This document shows positions 62,857-64,000 of a stretch of 64,000 nucleotides of DNA, one piece after another. A program made the translations under genes and the position numbers. Below the pieces are notes generated by a model. That model saw nothing but the letters and a program-made list of their open reading frames with translations, was not told the origin of the DNA and searched no databases. The DNA comes from Armatimonadota bacterium (GTDB lineage Bacteria > Armatimonadota > Fimbriimonadia > Fimbriimonadales > GBS-DC), in assembly GCA_013359125.1 (NCBI GenBank), contig JABWCR010000001.1, positions 174,183 through 238,182 on the forward strand, in the 5' to 3' direction. Within the stretch, counting starts at the first letter, position 1, and the number at the start of each line of letters is the position of its first letter.

Positions 62857-63831
62857 ATGCGAGAAATCACCTATCGAGAGGCGCTGCGCGAAGCGCTGAT
62901 AGAGGAATTAGACCGCGACGAGAAGGTGTTCCTGATCGGCGAGGACATTGGCCGTTATCAAGGCACCTTTCGCGTAACCGAAGGGCTTTTTGAGAAGTAC
63001 GGCCCGCATCGAGTGTGGGACGCGCCTATATCCGAGCCTGGCTTTACCGCCATTGCCGTGGGCGCCGCGATCGACGGGTTGAGGCCGGTCGTCGAGATGA
63101 TGACCTGGAGCTTCGGTATCTTGGCGATGGACCAGATCGTCAATCACGCGGCTAAGATTCTGTACAAGTCGGGCGGCATGTGCCCCGTGCCGATGGTGAT
63201 AAGAGGTCCTGCAGGACCTGGCAAGCAGCTGGCCGCCCAGCACTCGCACAGTCTGGAGTCTTGGTTTGCCCATTCGCCCGGATTGAAGGTCGCTCTGCCG
63301 GCTACGCCTGCCGACGCCAAGGGATTGCTGAAGACCTCGATCAGGGACAGCAACCCGATCGTCTTTATGGAGCACCCGCATCTGTACGGGGTGAAGGGCC
63401 CTGTACCGGAGGGCGAACACTTGGTTCCGTTTGGCGTGGCCGACATCAAGCGCGAGGGGAGCGATGCGACCATCATCACCTACAGCCGCGGCGTGCACTT
63501 AGCATTGGAAGCGGCCGAAACCCTGAGCAAGGAAGGCATCGAGATCGAGATCGTTGATCTGCGCACGATCAACCCGATCGACATGGAGACGGCGATCAAT
63601 TCGGTTGCCAAGACGCATCGAGCCGTCGTTGTGCACGACGATTGGAAGTTCGCCGGCTTTGGCGGCGAGATCATCGCTCAGATACAGGAGCAGGCTTTTG
63701 ACGAACTGGACGCTCCCATCTTGCGCGTGGCGGGGGCGGACGTGCCGATGCCTTACGCCAAGAACTTGGAGCAATTAGCGATACCGCACGCGCCGGACAT
63801 TGTGGAAGCGGTCAAGCAGACGCTTCAGTGA
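62857..63831 (+). CDS. pdhB: Pyruvate (2-oxoacid) dehydrogenase E1 beta subunit
   Basis: 324-aa ORF; VFLIGEDIG, DAPISE, transketolase-like pyrimidine and C-terminal domains. Confidence 0.9.
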   Translation: MREITYREALREALIEELDRDEKVFLIGEDIGRYQGTFRVTEGLFEKYGPHRVWDAPISEPGFTAIAVGAAIDGLRPVVEMMTWSFGILAMDQIVNHAAKILYKSGGMCPVPMVIRGPAGPGKQLAAQHSHSLESWFAHSPGLKVALPATPADAKGLLKTSIRDSNPIVFMEHPHLYGVKGPVPEGEHLVPFGVADIKREGSDATIITYSRGVHLALEAAETLSKEGIEIEIVDLRTINPIDMETAINSVAKTHRAVVVHDDWKFAGFGGEIIAQIQEQAFDELDAPILRVAGADVPMPYAKNLEQLAIPHAPDIVEAVKQTLQ

Positions 63832-63844
63832 GGGATGGAACTGA

Positions 63845-64000
63845 ATGGTTGAAGTGATCATGCCCAAGATGGGCGACGGCATGGAAGAAGGCGTCATCAT
63901 TCGCTGGCTGAAGCAGGAAGGCGACCCGGTCGAGGACGGCGAAACGATCGCCGAGATCGGCACGGACAAGGCGAATGTGGAGCTTCCTGCGTCTGGCTCT
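63845..64000 (+). CDS. pdhC: Dihydrolipoamide acetyltransferase E2, N-terminal lipoyl domain (truncated by window end)
   Basis: [23 protein letters not shown]...[15 protein letters not shown] with the lipoyl-lysine TDKA motif; ORF runs off the window. Confidence 0.85.
   Translation, partial: MVEVIMPKMGDGMEEGVIIRWLKQEGDPVEDGETIAEIGTDKANVELPASGS

Noticed and set aside
1-64000. Search for mobile elements, prophage, tRNA/rRNA genes, CRISPR-Cas, toxin-antitoxin pairs or a recognisable multi-gene defence system
   Set aside because: No transposase, integrase, recombinase, reverse transcriptase, Cas or phage-structural motifs were seen in any listed ORF. No tRNA-like sequence was noticed in intergenic DNA. 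The only defence-related content is the decayed R-M pair.

Overview
GC-rich, very gene-dense bacterial chromosomal window. I call about 62 protein genes, one RNase P RNA, and no tRNA, rRNA, CRISPR array, transposase or integrase. All functional calls rest on motifs recognised by eye in the supplied translations; no database search was run.

Most content is housekeeping:
- Protease and peptide uptake: htrA and a peptide ABC transporter.
- Core metabolism: ispH, DAHP synthase, ribE, kynU, pyrC, prpB, rpiB, alr, ilvE and pdhABC.
- Information processing: alaS, rpoA-rplQ-truA-rplM-rpsI, greA, glnD and mfd.

Lineage-typical accessory genes suggest an Armatimonadota- or PVC-like organism (inference only):
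- Three prepilin-type N-terminal plus H-X9-DG pseudopilin paralogs.
- Two secreted proteins sharing a dockerin-like C-terminal module.
- An isolated flagellar hook module, fliK-flgD-flgE.

I did not recognise a complete novel multi-gene defence or secretion system. The observations most worth follow-up are:
1. A recurrent GGGTAnAnT box sits 6-11 nt upstream of many start codons and 5 nt upstream of the structurally defined rnpB 5' end. This suggests a lineage-specific extended -10 element and widespread leaderless mRNAs, including two back-to-back divergent leaderless pairs.
2. A decayed type II restriction-modification island lies between prpB and rpiB. It has a NotI-like endonuclease with two frameshifts and a Dam-like methyltransferase with one frameshift in a G-run.
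3. RNase P RNA is hidden under four spurious ORFs of the ORF track.
4. Periplasmic-binding-fold lipoprotein genes sit directly upstream of soluble signalling enzymes in two places (a CBS-GGDEF protein with an unassigned C-terminal module, and GlnD).
5. A McsA-like four-CxxC mini-protein is embedded in a tightly overlapping amino-acid metabolism operon.
6. Orphan transporter and enzyme subunits occur, along with a repeat-rich lipoprotein.
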